Below, piece after piece: positions 21,096 through 32,248 of a DNA stretch of 64,000 bases; positions within the stretch are counted from its first letter, which is position 1, and each line of letters begins with the position of its first letter. This DNA is from an uncultured Chloroflexia bacterium (GTDB lineage: Bacteria; Chloroflexota; Anaerolineae; Anaerolineales; E44-bin32), in contig CAVPZJ010000002.1 of assembly GCA_963710255.1 (NCBI GenBank), positions 87,753 to 151,752 of the forward strand, written 5' to 3'. Both the position numbers and the translations under genes were made by a program. The notes beneath the pieces were generated by a model. That model was not told the origin of the DNA. It saw only the letters and a list, made by a program, of their open reading frames with translations, and did not search any database.

Positions 21096-21459
21096 GCCTT
21101 TCAAACCTGCGGCGCGGCTCGTCGGATCATTGGCGGCCGGGTCATTCCGATTACTCCGTCAGCTTGCAGGTCATCGGTGGATTTGGATCGATGACGGGAG
21201 GCGCCGTTCGCACGCCGGATTCTCCATGCCTGGCATCTAGAACGCGAGCGGTAAGGCTGGATCGAAAAAAAGCGCGCTTTGGCATGTTCCCTGCAAGCAA
21301 GGATATCGGGAAGTCATTTTCTTGGGCCGGGCATGTTCGTTGTCCAAAGCACGTCGTCGCAAGAGATGGCAACCGGGCGCCGGATTGCGCATGCGCAACA
21401 GGGGATATAATCTATGGTAAGATTCCGCCGCTCCCAGATCGGGAGTCACTGAGGTAGCG

Positions 21460-21861
21460 ATGACCGAGATGCGAAAGATCACCATCATCGAAGGCCCTCC
21501 GCCAACATTCGAGCTGGTTGGGGATCCATGGTTGGGTGGGTTGAGTGAAGGCCCTCTCCCATCTCGCATTGCGCTTTGCCGTGTGAGGACCGGGAACGGA
21601 CCGGCGCTGGTTGAACGTTGTTACCGTGCCTGGCGCGACCAGCAGCCGATTTATCTCGAGTACCGGACGGACGATGGACTGACCAGTGAAGCACCCATCG
21701 TGGCCGTGCGCTGGCTGGAGTTGGAAGAAGGTGATGCGCTCCTGCTCTGGGTCCGCCTTGACCAGGACATCGAGGTCGAGATCGATTTTGATTTCGAAGC
21801 CTTTGATGACGAATTCGATGAGGACGAGGATGACGAGATTAATTTCGGTCTTTCTCTTTAG
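21460..21861 (+). CDS. hypothetical protein with strongly acidic C-terminal tail
   Basis: 133-aa ORF ending EIDFDFEAFDDEFDEDEDDEINFGLSL. Preceded by a 364-nt non-coding gap and followed by a strong terminator. Confidence 0.55.
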   Translation: MTEMRKITIIEGPPPTFELVGDPWLGGLSEGPLPSRIALCRVRTGNGPALVERCYRAWRDQQPIYLEYRTDDGLTSEAPIVAVRWLELEEGDALLLWVRLDQDIEVEIDFDFEAFDDEFDEDEDDEINFGLSL

Positions 21862-21870
21862 TCTTGCTTA

Positions 21871-21899
21871 ACCCGGGCGGAGATTCGCCCGGGTTTTTT
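21871..21899 (+). terminator. rho-independent terminator
   Basis: ACCCGGGCG-gagatt-CGCCCGGGT followed by a T-run. Confidence 0.8.
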
Positions 21900-21932
21900 A
21901 TTTAAGTCAGGCGTTTGCCAGGGAGAGTTGCC

Positions 21933-22715
21933 ATGGCCAATCGAGGCGTGCGAGTTCAACAGTCCGGGTCGGTGTCCACAATTACGCTTGATCGCCCGAA
22001 AGCCAACGCCTTCAACTTTGAAATGGTGGAGGATTTGCTCCAGGCGCTGGCCGAGGTTAAGCGTGATCCAGCCATCCGCTGCGTCGTCCTGACCGGGGCC
22101 GGGCGCTTTTTCAGCGGGGGCCAGGACGTCGCCGTCATCCTTCAGCAAGGCGACAACGTGCCCTACCGGGCTCATCTGCAGCGAACCTACAACGCCATCG
22201 TGCTCGCGCTGCGTGGAATCGAAAAGCCAGTCATCGGCGCGATCAATGGGCCGGCCGCCGGCGCCGGACTGGGTATCGCCCTGGCCACGGATATCCGCTG
22301 GGCTTCGGAGTCGGCCCAGTTCATTTTCGGTTTTTCCGAGATCGGGCTCGCGGCCGATTCGGGCGTGTCGCTGACGCTGCCCCAGTTGGCCGGCCTGGCG
22401 AAGGCAAGCGAGATGGCATTCACCAACGACGCGCTCGATGCGCGGGCTGCGCTGGAGTGGGGCCTCGTGACGCGCGTGCTCCCGGATGAGGAGCTGCTGC
22501 CCGAGGTGTCCGCGCTCGCAGCCCGGCTTGCCTCCCGTCCGACCCTGGCCTTGGGATTGACCAAGCGGGCTTTCAACCATGCCATCCTCCCGCAGCTCGC
22601 GGCAGCGCTTGATTACGAGGCCCACCTGCAGGAGGTGGCCGGGGCCACGCGTGATCACCAAGAGGGCTTGGCAGCGTTCATAGAAAAACGCCCCGGGAAG
22701 TTCACGGGGCGTTGA
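21933..22715 (+). CDS. enoyl-CoA hydratase/isomerase family protein
   Basis: ATG 21933 in ORF 21915..22715. ITLDRPKANAF, LTGAGRFFSGGQD, INGPAAGAGLGIALATD. Confidence 0.85.
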   Translation: MANRGVRVQQSGSVSTITLDRPKANAFNFEMVEDLLQALAEVKRDPAIRCVVLTGAGRFFSGGQDVAVILQQGDNVPYRAHLQRTYNAIVLALRGIEKPVIGAINGPAAGAGLGIALATDIRWASESAQFIFGFSEIGLAADSGVSLTLPQLAGLAKASEMAFTNDALDARAALEWGLVTRVLPDEELLPEVSALAARLASRPTLALGLTKRAFNHAILPQLAAALDYEAHLQEVAGATRDHQEGLAAFIEKRPGKFTGR

Positions 22716-22736
22716 AGGCGGATCGAAACCCGCAGG

Positions 22737-23856
22737 CTATTCTTCGAATTTCGCCGTGGCGGTGGCCGTAGCCGGCGGCCTGATCTCCTGCCGCATCAGC
22801 CCATAAGAAATCTCCGAGCCATCCACCAGCCGGCCGCTGAAGGTAAAGCCAGAATTGCTGAACTCAAGCGGACTGGGACCCCAATTGCGGAGGGCGGCGA
22901 TGATCACGCCCTGCGGATCGACGAAGCTTGCAGCCTGTGCGATGACGGTGTCCCCCGGAAGCACGCCCAGGACAGACCAGGTTGATGTTTGCAGGTTCCA
23001 TACGTAAAGCTCAACGCTGAGTGGCGACGGCGAGCTCGCCCAGGGCATGGAAGCTGAGCGTTCCCACTGTTTGAATCTGGAAGGGAAACTCTGGCTCGAA
23101 GCGGTAGATGTAGAATTCATTTTGGATTAGCGTCAGGGCACCTGTCCCGCTTGTGAGCAGGACCGTTTCAGCATCACCCACCTCTGGTAAGAACTCGGGC
23201 GTGGGGGGGACCAAGGTCGCTGTCCCATCCGCCTGCCCCTGCGGCGTCTGCGTTTTGGTCGGCGTGGCAGGCCTGGGCGTGAGCGACGGCGTGGGAGTCC
23301 AGGTAGGAATGCTGGCCAGGGATACGGAGGCAAAGGTGGGGGTCGCCTGGACCACAGCCGGAGTTGGGCTTGGCTCTTGCGCAACCGGGAGGATGCCCCC
23401 GATGAAGCTGAAGTCTCCGGAGAGCGCCTCATCCAGGAAACCGAGCGAATCGAGCGCAACGTAAGCCCCGCCCCCGATGGCGATCAGGATCACCCCCAGC
23501 ACAAGGATGAAGATGATGAACCGCTGCCGGCCGCGGCTCATCCCGCGCCGGGTGGCTTTCCGGGAACGCGCTGCAGCCGCTTTGATTTCGCTCTGGGCCG
23601 GTGCCGGCGACATGCCCAGTTCGGCGCGGGCCGCCTCGTGGCCGGGCTCGATCTCGACGACCTTCCGGAAGCAGTACTCGCGCTGGCGCGGATCCTGGAC
23701 GCTCTGGCCCAGCCACCACCAGGCCTCCACGGAGTTTGGCATCTCCAGCACCACTTTGCTCAGCAAAGTCCGTGCGCGCAAGGTCTTGCCGGATTGTGCG
23801 GCTTCGACTCCCTCGCGCAGCATGTCCTCAAGGCTCAAGGGATCCTCCAACTGCAA
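22737..23856 (-). CDS. TPR-like N-terminal domain / single-pass membrane protein with Pro/Thr-rich linker, one +1 frameshift
   Basis: ORFs 23011..23856 and 22737..23120 join near 23030-23045 (..HALGELAVA|PLSVELYVWNLQ..). 1120 nt (3n+1). TM segment FIIFILVLGVILIAIGGGAYV. The start is TTG 23856 (ATG 23823 is an alternative). Confidence 0.6.
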
Positions 23857-24007
23857 GCGTCTTCTACGGCTGTCGCTTTCATGGACCGCCCTTGCGGATG
23901 CATTTTCACGCCATCATTCTATGGGCAGCGGGCCATCGGGTCAATTCTTACGCCGGTGCTATTCAGGCTGACCAGCCCCCCGTCACAAATATTGCCTCTA
24001 GGGCTGG

Positions 24008-25784
24008 TCAGCGTGCAGCGCCCAGGAGGGCCCTGCTCCTCATCTACGATCGAATCATCCAGTTTTGTGTAGAGCGGCACTGGTTCTGTTAACTTCTGGC
24101 CTGGCTTGAGCTGGCTGGGTTTCCAGCGGCCGCTGGCGCGGGCAGGGTCATAGGTGAGTGCGTCGTGGCTGCGCTCGCTCTCGTTGAAGGTCTGGATTTT
24201 CTGTTCGCCAAACAAGGGATCTGTGAAACCCAGCATGCGGTGCAGTTTCTCGCTGCTGAAGGGCAGGAAGGGTGCAAGCAGGATCTTCAGAGAATTGATC
24301 GCGGTCAGCGCGGTGAACACCGTTCGGGCTGCTGCCTGACGGTCTTCCTTGATGACGCTGTACCAGGGTGCCCGGTCGAGATAGCCGTTGACAGACCTGG
24401 CCAGGCTGAGGGCTTCGTTCAAAGCAGCCCGGATTTTGACCGCTTCCAGGTATGCCCCGACCGTCTCGAAACCTGCTTCAATTTGATCGAGGAGTTCACG
24501 ATCAACCTCACCCAGCTCACCCGGATCGGGAACCTGTCCGTCGAAATGGCGGTAAGCAAAGGAGAGCACGCGGTTGGCCAGGTTTCCCCAGGCTGCGACG
24601 AGTTCGTCGTTGTTGCGGCGGACGAACTCCGCCCACGAGAATTCGCTGTCGCGCGCCTCGGGCATGGCGGCCGCAATGTAGTAGCGAATGGCATCCGGAT
24701 CGTAGCGCTCGAGGATGTCCGGCAGCCAGACGGCCCAGTTCCGGCTTTTGCTGAACTGTGCGCCCTCGATGTTCATGAACTCGTTCGCGGGGACATCGTA
24801 CGGGAGGTTGAGCGATTTGCTCTCATCTTCCTCGTATATCCGCCCTACCCCCAGCAGTTCGGCCTGCCAGATGACGGTATGGAAGGGGATGTTGTCCTTG
24901 CCGATGAAGTTGAAGATCTTCGCCGACGGGTCATACCACCAGTCCTTCCAGGCATCGGGCTGACCCAGGTTATGCGCCCATTCGATGGAGGCGGTCAGAT
25001 ACCCCATCACGGCTTCGAACCAAACGTAGAGGCGCTTTTGCTCCCATCCCGGCACGGGGACGGGGATGCCCCATTCCACATCACGCGTCACGGCCCGGCC
25101 TAGCAGCCCGCTCTCGATGTAGTTGTGGGCAAAGCTGTACACATTCGGGCGCCAGCGGTCTTTGTAGCGTTCGAGGTATGCCAGCAGCTGCTCGGAAAAG
25201 GCGGGGAGATCGAGGAAGAAGTGCTCGGTTTCGCGCACCTCGGGGGTGCTGCCATCGGTCTTGCTGCGCGGGTTGATCAGCTCCAGCGCGTCGAGCAGGC
25301 TGCCGCAGTTGTCACACTGATCGCCGCGCGCATCGCCAAAGCCGCATATCGGGCAGGTCCCTTCGACGTAGCGATCCGGCAGGAAACGGCCCTCGCTGGC
25401 GGAGTAGAGCTGCTGCTGGATCTCCTGGTAGAGGTATTCCTGTTCGTACAGGCGGGTGAAGATGTCCTGGGCGATGCGGTGGTGGTTCTCGGTATCGGTG
25501 TGTGTGAACAGATCGTAGCTGATCCCGATCGCCTGCTGGGTTTCCAGGAAGCGCGCGTGGTAGTGCTCGAACACCTCGCGCGGGGTCACGCCGCGCTTAT
25601 CCGCTTCGACCATGATCGGGGTGCCGTGCGAGTCGGAACCGGATACCATCAAGACCCGGTTGCCCTTCAGGCGGTGGTAGCGGGCGAAGATGTCGGCTGG
25701 CAGGTAGGCGCCAGCCAGGTGCCCGACATGCAGATCCCCATTGGCATAGGGCCAGGCGACAGAAACATGGATGGTCTCGCTCAT
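24008..25784 (-). CDS. metG: methionine--tRNA ligase, +1 frameshift 8 codons before the stop
   Basis: HVGHLAGAYL (HIGH) and a KFSKS-type motif (AQFSKSRNW). After a shift in the G/C run near 24028-24032 the protein ends ..LDDSIVDEEQALLGAAR* (TGA 24008-24010). 1777 nt (3n+1). Confidence 0.92.
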
Positions 25785-25840
25785 TCGTGCCTCGTTTCCT
25801 TCAGGGCAGGCTTTGACCTGCGCAGGTGGCTGCGGAATTC

Positions 25841-25865
25841 AAAACCGCCAGCGAGAGGCTGGCGG
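25841..25865 (-). terminator. hairpin + U-run in the metG leader (attenuator candidate, or terminator of the upstream gene)
   Basis: Minus strand CCGCCAGC-ctctc-GCTGGCGG-TTTT, 56 nt upstream of the metG ATG. Confidence 0.55.
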
Positions 25866-26017
25866 CGGAAGGGCTGCCGGGGCGAGCGGCGCTCAGGCGC
25901 AGCCAGCCCAGGCCGATGGGCCTCGGTCCATCGGCGGCGGCAGCTTGCGCATGGCCATCGAGCGTTGGTAGAACCTGATCAGCGGCATTTTATGCCTTTC
26001 AAAGGCGTACTTTCCGT

Positions 26018-26045
26018 ATTCTACAACGCAGGTTGCGTCTGTCAA
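26018..26045 (-). promoter_or_regulatory. candidate sigma70-type promoter for the metG leader
   Basis: Minus strand TTGACA (26045-26040), 16-nt spacer, TAGAAT (26023-26018). Confidence 0.5.
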
Positions 26046-26052
26046 GGCCGGG

Positions 26053-26394
26053 TCATGCGCCTGCCTGGAGCAGGTCAGCCCGCGCGGCGAAGACGAAATC
26101 GGCTTCGCTCAAACCGCCGATGCTGTGGGTCCAGATTGTGACCTTCGCCCTGCCCCAGGTCAGGCAGATCTCGGGATGGTGGTCGACCGAATTCGGCCAT
26201 CTCGCCGACCCTGTTCGTGAACGCGAGGGCGCTCATGAAGTCTTCGAACCGGTAAGTCTTCTCGAGCTGGTGGTCATCACTCAGCTGCCAGTCATTTCCC
26301 AGGGCCTGGTACAGGGTTTCTAGGGCCGCGCCCTGCAGCGGCTGGGCGTCCTTGCTGCGCGGCGGTTTTAGCTCACGTTAGCGAGGTCGGTCAT
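26053..26394 (-). CDS. 4a-hydroxytetrahydrobiopterin (pterin-4-alpha-carbinolamine) dehydratase, two compensating indels
   Basis: ATG 26394 with an AGGAGGA RBS. ..DDHQLEKTYRFEDFMSALAFTNRVGEMAE | VDHHPEICLTWGRAKVTIWTHSIGGLSEADFVFAARADLLQAGA* (TGA 26053-26055). Frame changes near 26372-26378 and near 26195. Pieces are too short for the ORF track. Confidence 0.7.
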
Positions 26395-26503
26395 GAGGCT
26401 CCTCCTGTTTGAAATCCGGAAGTAATCCTGCGATCGGATCGTTGATCGGATTCTAACATGCGGCGCTGGGCCGCCTGGTCTCTGTGCCGGTGATGCGGGG
26501 TGG

Positions 26504-28381
26504 TCAGCCCTGCTCGTCTGGCCTGCGTGCGGCTTCGATGATCTCCGCCGCCAGGTCGTAGCGGCCAAAGGGTGGCATGAGGTAGACACCCTGGACGAAT
26601 GGGCGCAGCTGCTCGAGCAGCTCGACGGCGATGGCCACGCCTTCGGCGGGAGCCTGCTCCCCGGCCTGGGAGATCCGCTGGCGGATGTCCTGTGGGATGG
26701 AGATGCCGGGCACTTCGTTGTGGAGGAAGGCCGCATGGCGCTCGTTGAAGAGCGGCAGCAGCCCGGCCAGGATCGGGATCGGTGTTCGCCGTACTCCTGC
26801 TGGTACAGCGAGATGAACTCCGCGGCATGCTGAGGCTCGTAGACCGGCTGGGTCAGGGCGAAATCCGCTCCAGCCTGAATCTTTTTGCGCAGCAGGCGCA
26901 GCTCGCGTCGTGGATCCTGCGCGCTCAGGTTCAGGGCGCATCCGACGAAGAAGGAAGTCGCTTCACCGATATCGGCCCCACTCAGGTCGACGCCGCTGTT
27001 GAACCCCTGCTGGATCAGGCTGATGAGCCCACTCGGCACGAGGTCGTAATTGTCCATCGCTTCCGGGTAGTCACCGATCGCGGTCGGGTCGCCCATGACG
27101 ACGAAGATATTGCGCACGCCCATCGCATGGGCGGCGAGCATGTCGCCCTGGACCCGCAGCAGGTTGCGTCCACGCGTCGGAAAGTGCAGCACCGTCTCCA
27201 TGCCCACGTCACGCTGGATCAACTGGCACGCGGCCCACGGGCTCATGCGCATGCGCGCCATCGGGCTGTCGGCCACATTGATCACGTCGGCGCCGGCTTC
27301 GGCCAGGAGCGAGGCCCCGGCGATCAGCTTGTGCGTGGAGAAACTGCGCGGGGGGTCCATCTCCACCGCCAGCACGAAGTGCTTGCTGGAGAGCTTCCGC
27401 TCGAGTTCGGTCGGCTTCAGGTCGGCACGGGCGAACTCGAGCGAGGCTTCCTCGACCAGGCTGCTCTCCTCGCTCAGGCAGGGTTCGACGCCCGCGTCCA
27501 GGCTGGCGCGCATCTGTGCGATGTGCTCAGGCGTGGTGCCGCAGCAGCCGCCGATGATCGCCGCCCCGGCCTGGCAGAAGGCAACGGCATAGTCCGCAAA
27601 GTAATCAGCCGTGGCCGGGTACATGATGCGACCGGCCACGCGCTCGGGCCAGCCGGCGTTGGGCATGACCGAGAAGCGTGCTTCTGGCGCGGCCTGGCGC
27701 ATTTGTTTCAGGACCCGCAGCAGCTGGGCTGGCCCGCTCGAGCAGTTGGCACCGATGATGTCGGCGCCGTGCTCGACCAGGAGCTGCGCTGCCCGGCGGG
27801 GGGTGTCGCCAAGCAGGGTGCGGTCATCGCGAGTAAAGGTCAGCGTGGCCGCGATCGGGGATGTCGCTCAAGGAGCGGGCGGCGCGGATCGCCTCGCGCA
27901 CCTCGTACAGGTCGTTCTGCGTCTCGATGATGAGCAGGTCAACACCGGCTTCGAGCAGGGCCTGGATCTGTTCAACATAGGCGCTGAACGCCTGTTCGGG
28001 CTGAACCCGCCCGAAGGGGGCGAGGCGCACGCCCAGCGGCCCCACGCTGCCGGCGATCAGCACCTGCTTGAAGGAGGCTTCGACCGCCCGCCGGGCGAGC
28101 TCAACGGCGGCATGATTGATCTCGGCCAGCCGCGTTTCCAGGCCATGTTCGGCTAACTTGAAGCGGTTGCCGCCGAAGGTGTTGGTCTCGATCAACTGCG
28201 CGCCGGCATCGATGTAGGCGCGGTGGATATCCGCCACCAGCGCTGGTTGGGAGAGGTTCAACTCGTCAAAACATGCCTCAAATGACACCCCACGCCCATG
28301 GAGCATCGTGCCCATGGCGCCGTCGGCCAGGATTGGGCCCTTGGAGAGCAAACTGAGCAGGGGTGAGCCTTCTTTAATCAT
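26504..28381 (-). CDS. bifunctional homocysteine S-methyltransferase / 5,10-methylenetetrahydrofolate reductase (YitJ-like), two frameshifts
   Basis: N-terminal Hcy-binding domain (ORF 27824..28381; later GGCCGTTPEHI), MTHFR domain (ORF 26368..27702), and the C-terminus in ORF 26504..26941 (..PIPILAGLLPLFN..). Shifts near 27850 and 26790. Confidence 0.85.
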
Positions 28382-28399
28382 CTTCTCTCCCTCGACCTC

Positions 28400-31300
28400 T
28401 TATCCTTCTCCCGTTAACTGCTGCACGCGGCTCACGCCCACGCTGTAGTAGGTGGCGGCCGGGTGGTGGACGATGATGGCCGCCGTCGACTGCTCGGGGA
28501 TGAGCTGGTAGGCGCTCGATAACTGCATGCCCAGCGCGCTGCGGGCGGGAAGCAGTTCGAAGACCTTCTGGTGGTCCTCCAGTTCTGGGATCGCTGGATA
28601 ACCCCAGGAGTAGCGCTTGCCCTGCCCCTCCGGCAAACCCAACTCGCGGCGGATGTGCCGGTGCAGGTACTCGGCGGCAGCCTCCGCGGTTTGTACTGCC
28701 AGGCCATGATGGTAGTACGCCTCGCTGTAATCTCCAGCTTCCTGCAGTTTGTCGACGCGCGCCGTCGCCTGTGACCCGACCGTGACAACCTGAAATGCAA
28801 CGACGTCCATCTGGTCGGAACCGGCGGGCAGGAAGTAGTCGGCCAGGCAGAGATGGTCGCCTGCGGGCTGGCGCGGGAAGGCGAAGCGCAGCATCTCCGT
28901 TCGGCGCGCCGCTCTCCACGCTGGCCGGATCGTAGACGATGAGCTCGTCACCGCTGGATTGGACGGGCCAGTAGCCATAGACGGCCTGCGGATGGAGCCA
29001 GGGTTCGCGCAGGGCTTCGCGCTGCATGCGCTCAAGGCGGCGTTCGAAGTTACCAAGCAGTTCTTGCCAGGCTTCTCCGTGTGTGTTCTTGGCGCCCCAC
29101 GAGAGGCGGAAGAGCTCATTCTTGTACAGGTGTTGGAAGACCGCATCCAGCGGCATCTCGAGCACGATGTGCTCGCCCCAGGCAGGCGGGGCGGGGATGA
29201 ACTCAGCCGGCGCGACGGCCCGCTCAGCAGGGCTTGCCTTCCGCACCGGTTCGGGGCGCTCACGCTCGCGCAGTGCGTTCGCAAAGCGGCTCTCAATCAG
29301 CGCACTCCGGCGCTCGGGATCCTGGAGTTGGTCGATGACATCCAGGCCTTCGAAGGCATCCTTGCAGTAGAAGACGCCGGCCGGGTAGCGCTCGCCGTCC
29401 TCGGTGAAGAGGATGCGGCGTCCGAAACGGCGGTTGATGGCCGCACCGCCAATGAGGACCGGGATGTTGAGCCCGCGCCGGTGGAGTTCGTTCACGATGA
29501 GCGGCATTTGCTTGCTCGTGCTTACCAGCAGCGCGCTCAGGCCGATGGCATCGGCGCCCACCTCGACGGCCTTGTCGATGATGACCGTGGCCGGCACTTG
29601 CTTGCCCAGGTCGTGGACGGTGTAGCCGTTGTTGGAGAGGATGGTCTTGACCAGGTTCTTGCCGATGTCGTGCACATCGCCGTAGACCGTGGCCAGCACG
29701 AGCGTCCCCTTGCTGACGCCCTCGCGCCTTTCGAGGAAGCCCTCCACGTGGGCGACGGCGCGCTTCATGACCTCCGCCGATTGGAGCACGAAGGGCAGGA
29801 TGAGCTCGCCGGCGCCGAAGCGATCGCCGACCTCCTTCATGGCCGGCAGGAGCACCTCGTTGAGGACCGTGACGGCGCCATCCGGGCGCGTTTCTTCGGT
29901 GTATCGCTCGAGGATCTCATCGATGTCGTCCTCGACGCCTTCCTTGTGGCGGTGCAGGATGCGCCAGTGCAGCCGCTCTTCGGGAGACATGTCTGCGGTT
30001 GGATCCTGGCCTTCATCCGTTTCCTCGACCGAGACCGAGTCGAAGTGCTCGATGACGCGGGCGAGCGCATCATCCGCGCTGTTGAAGATTAATGCCTCCA
30101 CCAGCTCGCGCTCCTCCTGCGGGATCTCCGCATAGGGCTTGATGTGCGCCGGGTTGACGATGGCCATATCCAGGCCGGCACGCACGCAGTGGTAGAGCAT
30201 GACGCTGTTCAGCACCGGCCGCGCCTGCGGGCTGAGCCCGAAGGAGACGTTCGAGACGCCCAGAGAGGTGAGCACGCCGGGCAGCTCGGCCTTGATGCGG
30301 CGGATGCCCTCGATGGTTTCATGGGCCGAGTCGGAGAATTCATCATCGCCGGTGGCCAGGGTGAAGGTCAGCGCGTCGAAGATGAGGTCCTGCGGGCTCA
30401 GCCCGTATTCATCCACGCAGATTTCATAGATCCGCTTCGCAACCTGCAGCTTGCGCTCGACCGTCTTCGCCATGCCCTCTTCGTCGATGGTGAGCGCGAT
30501 CACCGCCGCACCATGCTCAACCGCCAGCGGCAGCACGCGGTCGATCTTCTCCCGGCCTGATTCGAGGTTGATCGAATTGAGCATGCTGCGCCCCGGGTTG
30601 GATTTCAGCGCGGCCTCCATCACCTCCGGCTCGGTCGTGTCGATCACCAGGGGTGCTTCGACGCTCATCGCCAGGCGGCGTACGACCTGCTTCATCATTT
30701 CGGCTTCGTCGGCCCGCTCGGTGAGCGCAACGCAGATGTCGAGCACATGCGCCCCGCGCTCGACTTGCTCGCGGGCAAGCTCGATCACGGCATCGTAATC
30801 CTCGGCCAGGAGCAGGCGCTTGGCCTTGCGTGAGCCCTGGGTGTTTATGCGTTCGCCGATGAGCAGCGGCCGCGGCTCCTGGCGCATGGGGACAGCCATG
30901 ACGGCCGAGCTCAAGTGCGGATCACGCTCGATTTCGCGCTGCGGGTGTTTCCGGCCGCGCAGGGCTTCGACCAGCGGACGCAGGTGCTCCGGCGTGGTCC
31001 CACAGCAGCCGCCGACGATGCTGATGTTGTGCTGCTCGACAAACTCGAGCATGTCGGCGACGTAGGGTCCCGGTTCGAGGGGGTACACCGCTTCGCCGTC
31101 GACGTTGAGCGGGAGGCCGGCGTTGGGGATGCACGAGACGGGGAGCGTGGCGTGCTCGCCGAGGTAGCGGATCGGCTCGCGCATATGCTCGGGCCCGGTG
31201 GAGCAATTGAGCCCGACGACATCAATCGCCAGCCGTTCGAGCGTGTGCCAGGCCGCAGCCACATCGGTGCCCAGCAGCATGCGCCCGCTGGTATCGAGCG

Positions 31301-31910
31301 TCACCTGGGCCTGGATCGGGAGCCAGACGCCGCTTTCTTCAAACGCCTGCAGGAAGCCGTGGATGGCGGCCTTGACCTCGAGGATATCCTGCGATGTCTC
31401 GATCAGCAGCAAGTCCACCCCGCCGGCGATCAAGCCCAGCGCCTGCTCTTTGAAGATGGCGGCCAATTCGTCGAAGCTGACGTCGGACAGATCGGGGTCA
31501 TCGGCCGAAGGCAGCTTGCCGCTCGGGCCGACCGAGCCGGCTACGAAGCGCGGCTGTTCGTCGCTGCTGTATTCGTCTGCCAGGCGCCGGGCGAGTGCGG
31601 CGGCGGCCCGGTTGATTTCGTGGACCTGATCCGCCAGCCCGAACTCGCCCAGGGTAATGCGGTTCGAGCGAAAGGTGTTGGTCTCGATGACGTCGACGCC
31701 GACCTCGAGGAAGGAGCGGTGAACCTGCTCCACTGCCTGCGGCTTGCTCAGCACGAGGTAGTCGTTGCATCCCTGCAAGCGCTCACCGCCAAAATCCTCT
31801 GCGCTCAGCTTCAGTTCCTGCAGGCTCGTGCCCATGGCGCCGTCGTAGACGAGCACGCCTCGCGCAATCGCATCCAGGTAGCTTCTGTTGGTGTAACGTC
31901 GGTTGGTCAA
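28400..31910 (-). CDS. metH: cobalamin-dependent methionine synthase, one +1 frameshift
   Basis: Hcy, pterin, B12-cap/B12-binding (GDVHDIGKN) and AdoMet-activation domains in order. The last domain continues in ORF 28400..29296. 3511 nt (3n+1), shift at about 28890-28915. TTG start 31910. Confidence 0.93.
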
Positions 31911-31952
31911 GGGAGGATCACCTTTCTTCTATGCCGCCGGGCGCGGCCCATC

Positions 31953-31980
31953 AAAAAAGCCTCTTCGGGAAGAAGAGGCC
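31953..31980 (-). terminator. expression-platform terminator of the SAM-I riboswitch
   Basis: Minus strand GGCCTCTTC-ttcc-GAAGAGGC-TTTTTT, between the aptamer and the metH start. Confidence 0.85.
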
Positions 31981-32001
31981 ATGCCCAACGCAGGTGTACG
32001 G

Positions 32002-32120
32002 CTCTCATCTTCCAGAAGCCCGCCGGGGCGTCTTCTGCCGGAGTTGGCACCTGCCAGCCTGGAGCTTGCTGGTGGTTGCCGAGGCATCACAGGGCCGGTC
32101 CCTCTGCCTCTCTTGATGAG
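32002..32120 (-). ncRNA. SAM-I (S-box) riboswitch aptamer
   Basis: CUCAUCAAGAGAGGCAGAGGGACCGGCCCUGUGAUGCCUCGGCAACC...GGUGCCAACUCCGGCAGAAG...CUUCUGGAAGAUGAG. Matches the conserved S-box core and the P1 pairing. Confidence 0.9.
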
Positions 32121-32167
32121 TGGTGGGATGCTTGCTGGCACCCAGACCAATATGGACTTAGGCGGTC

Positions 32168-32197
32168 AGTTTACCATGCCGCCAAAGGGGCTGTCAA
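32168..32197 (-). promoter_or_regulatory. candidate promoter of the riboswitch-metH transcript
   Basis: Minus strand TTGACA (32197-32192), 18-nt spacer, TAAACT (32173-32168). Confidence 0.5.
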
Positions 32198-32224
32198 TCC
32201 GGGCTTGACAAACCTCCCCGAACC

Positions 32225-32248
32225 TAATATTCTAGTACTAGAATATTA
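32225..32248. promoter_or_regulatory. 24-bp perfect palindrome, candidate PadR operator abutting the padR start codon
   Basis: TAATATTCTAGTACTAGAATATTA. Its last base is the A of the ATG at 32248. TTGACA lies at 32205-32210 upstream. Confidence 0.6.

Noticed and set aside
20240-21457. 405-aa + strand ORF
   Set aside because: Alternative frame of the zinc alcohol dehydrogenase gene. Arg/Gly/Pro-rich nonsense translation.
21096-21459. RNase P RNA, tmRNA or 6S RNA in the 364-nt gap
   Set aside because: None of the signature sequences was seen (GAGGAAAGUCC for RNase P; tRNA-like ends or a tag ORF for tmRNA).
25841-26045. T-box riboswitch upstream of metG
   Set aside because: No convincing Stem I/specifier loop or T-box consensus (..GGGUGGNACCGCG). 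GAUGGACCGAGG is only a loose resemblance. I kept it as a uORF/terminator leader instead, and a cmsearch would settle it.
25125-26141. 338-aa + strand ORF
   Set aside because: Antisense to metG and its leader. No domain. Typical high-GC shadow ORF.
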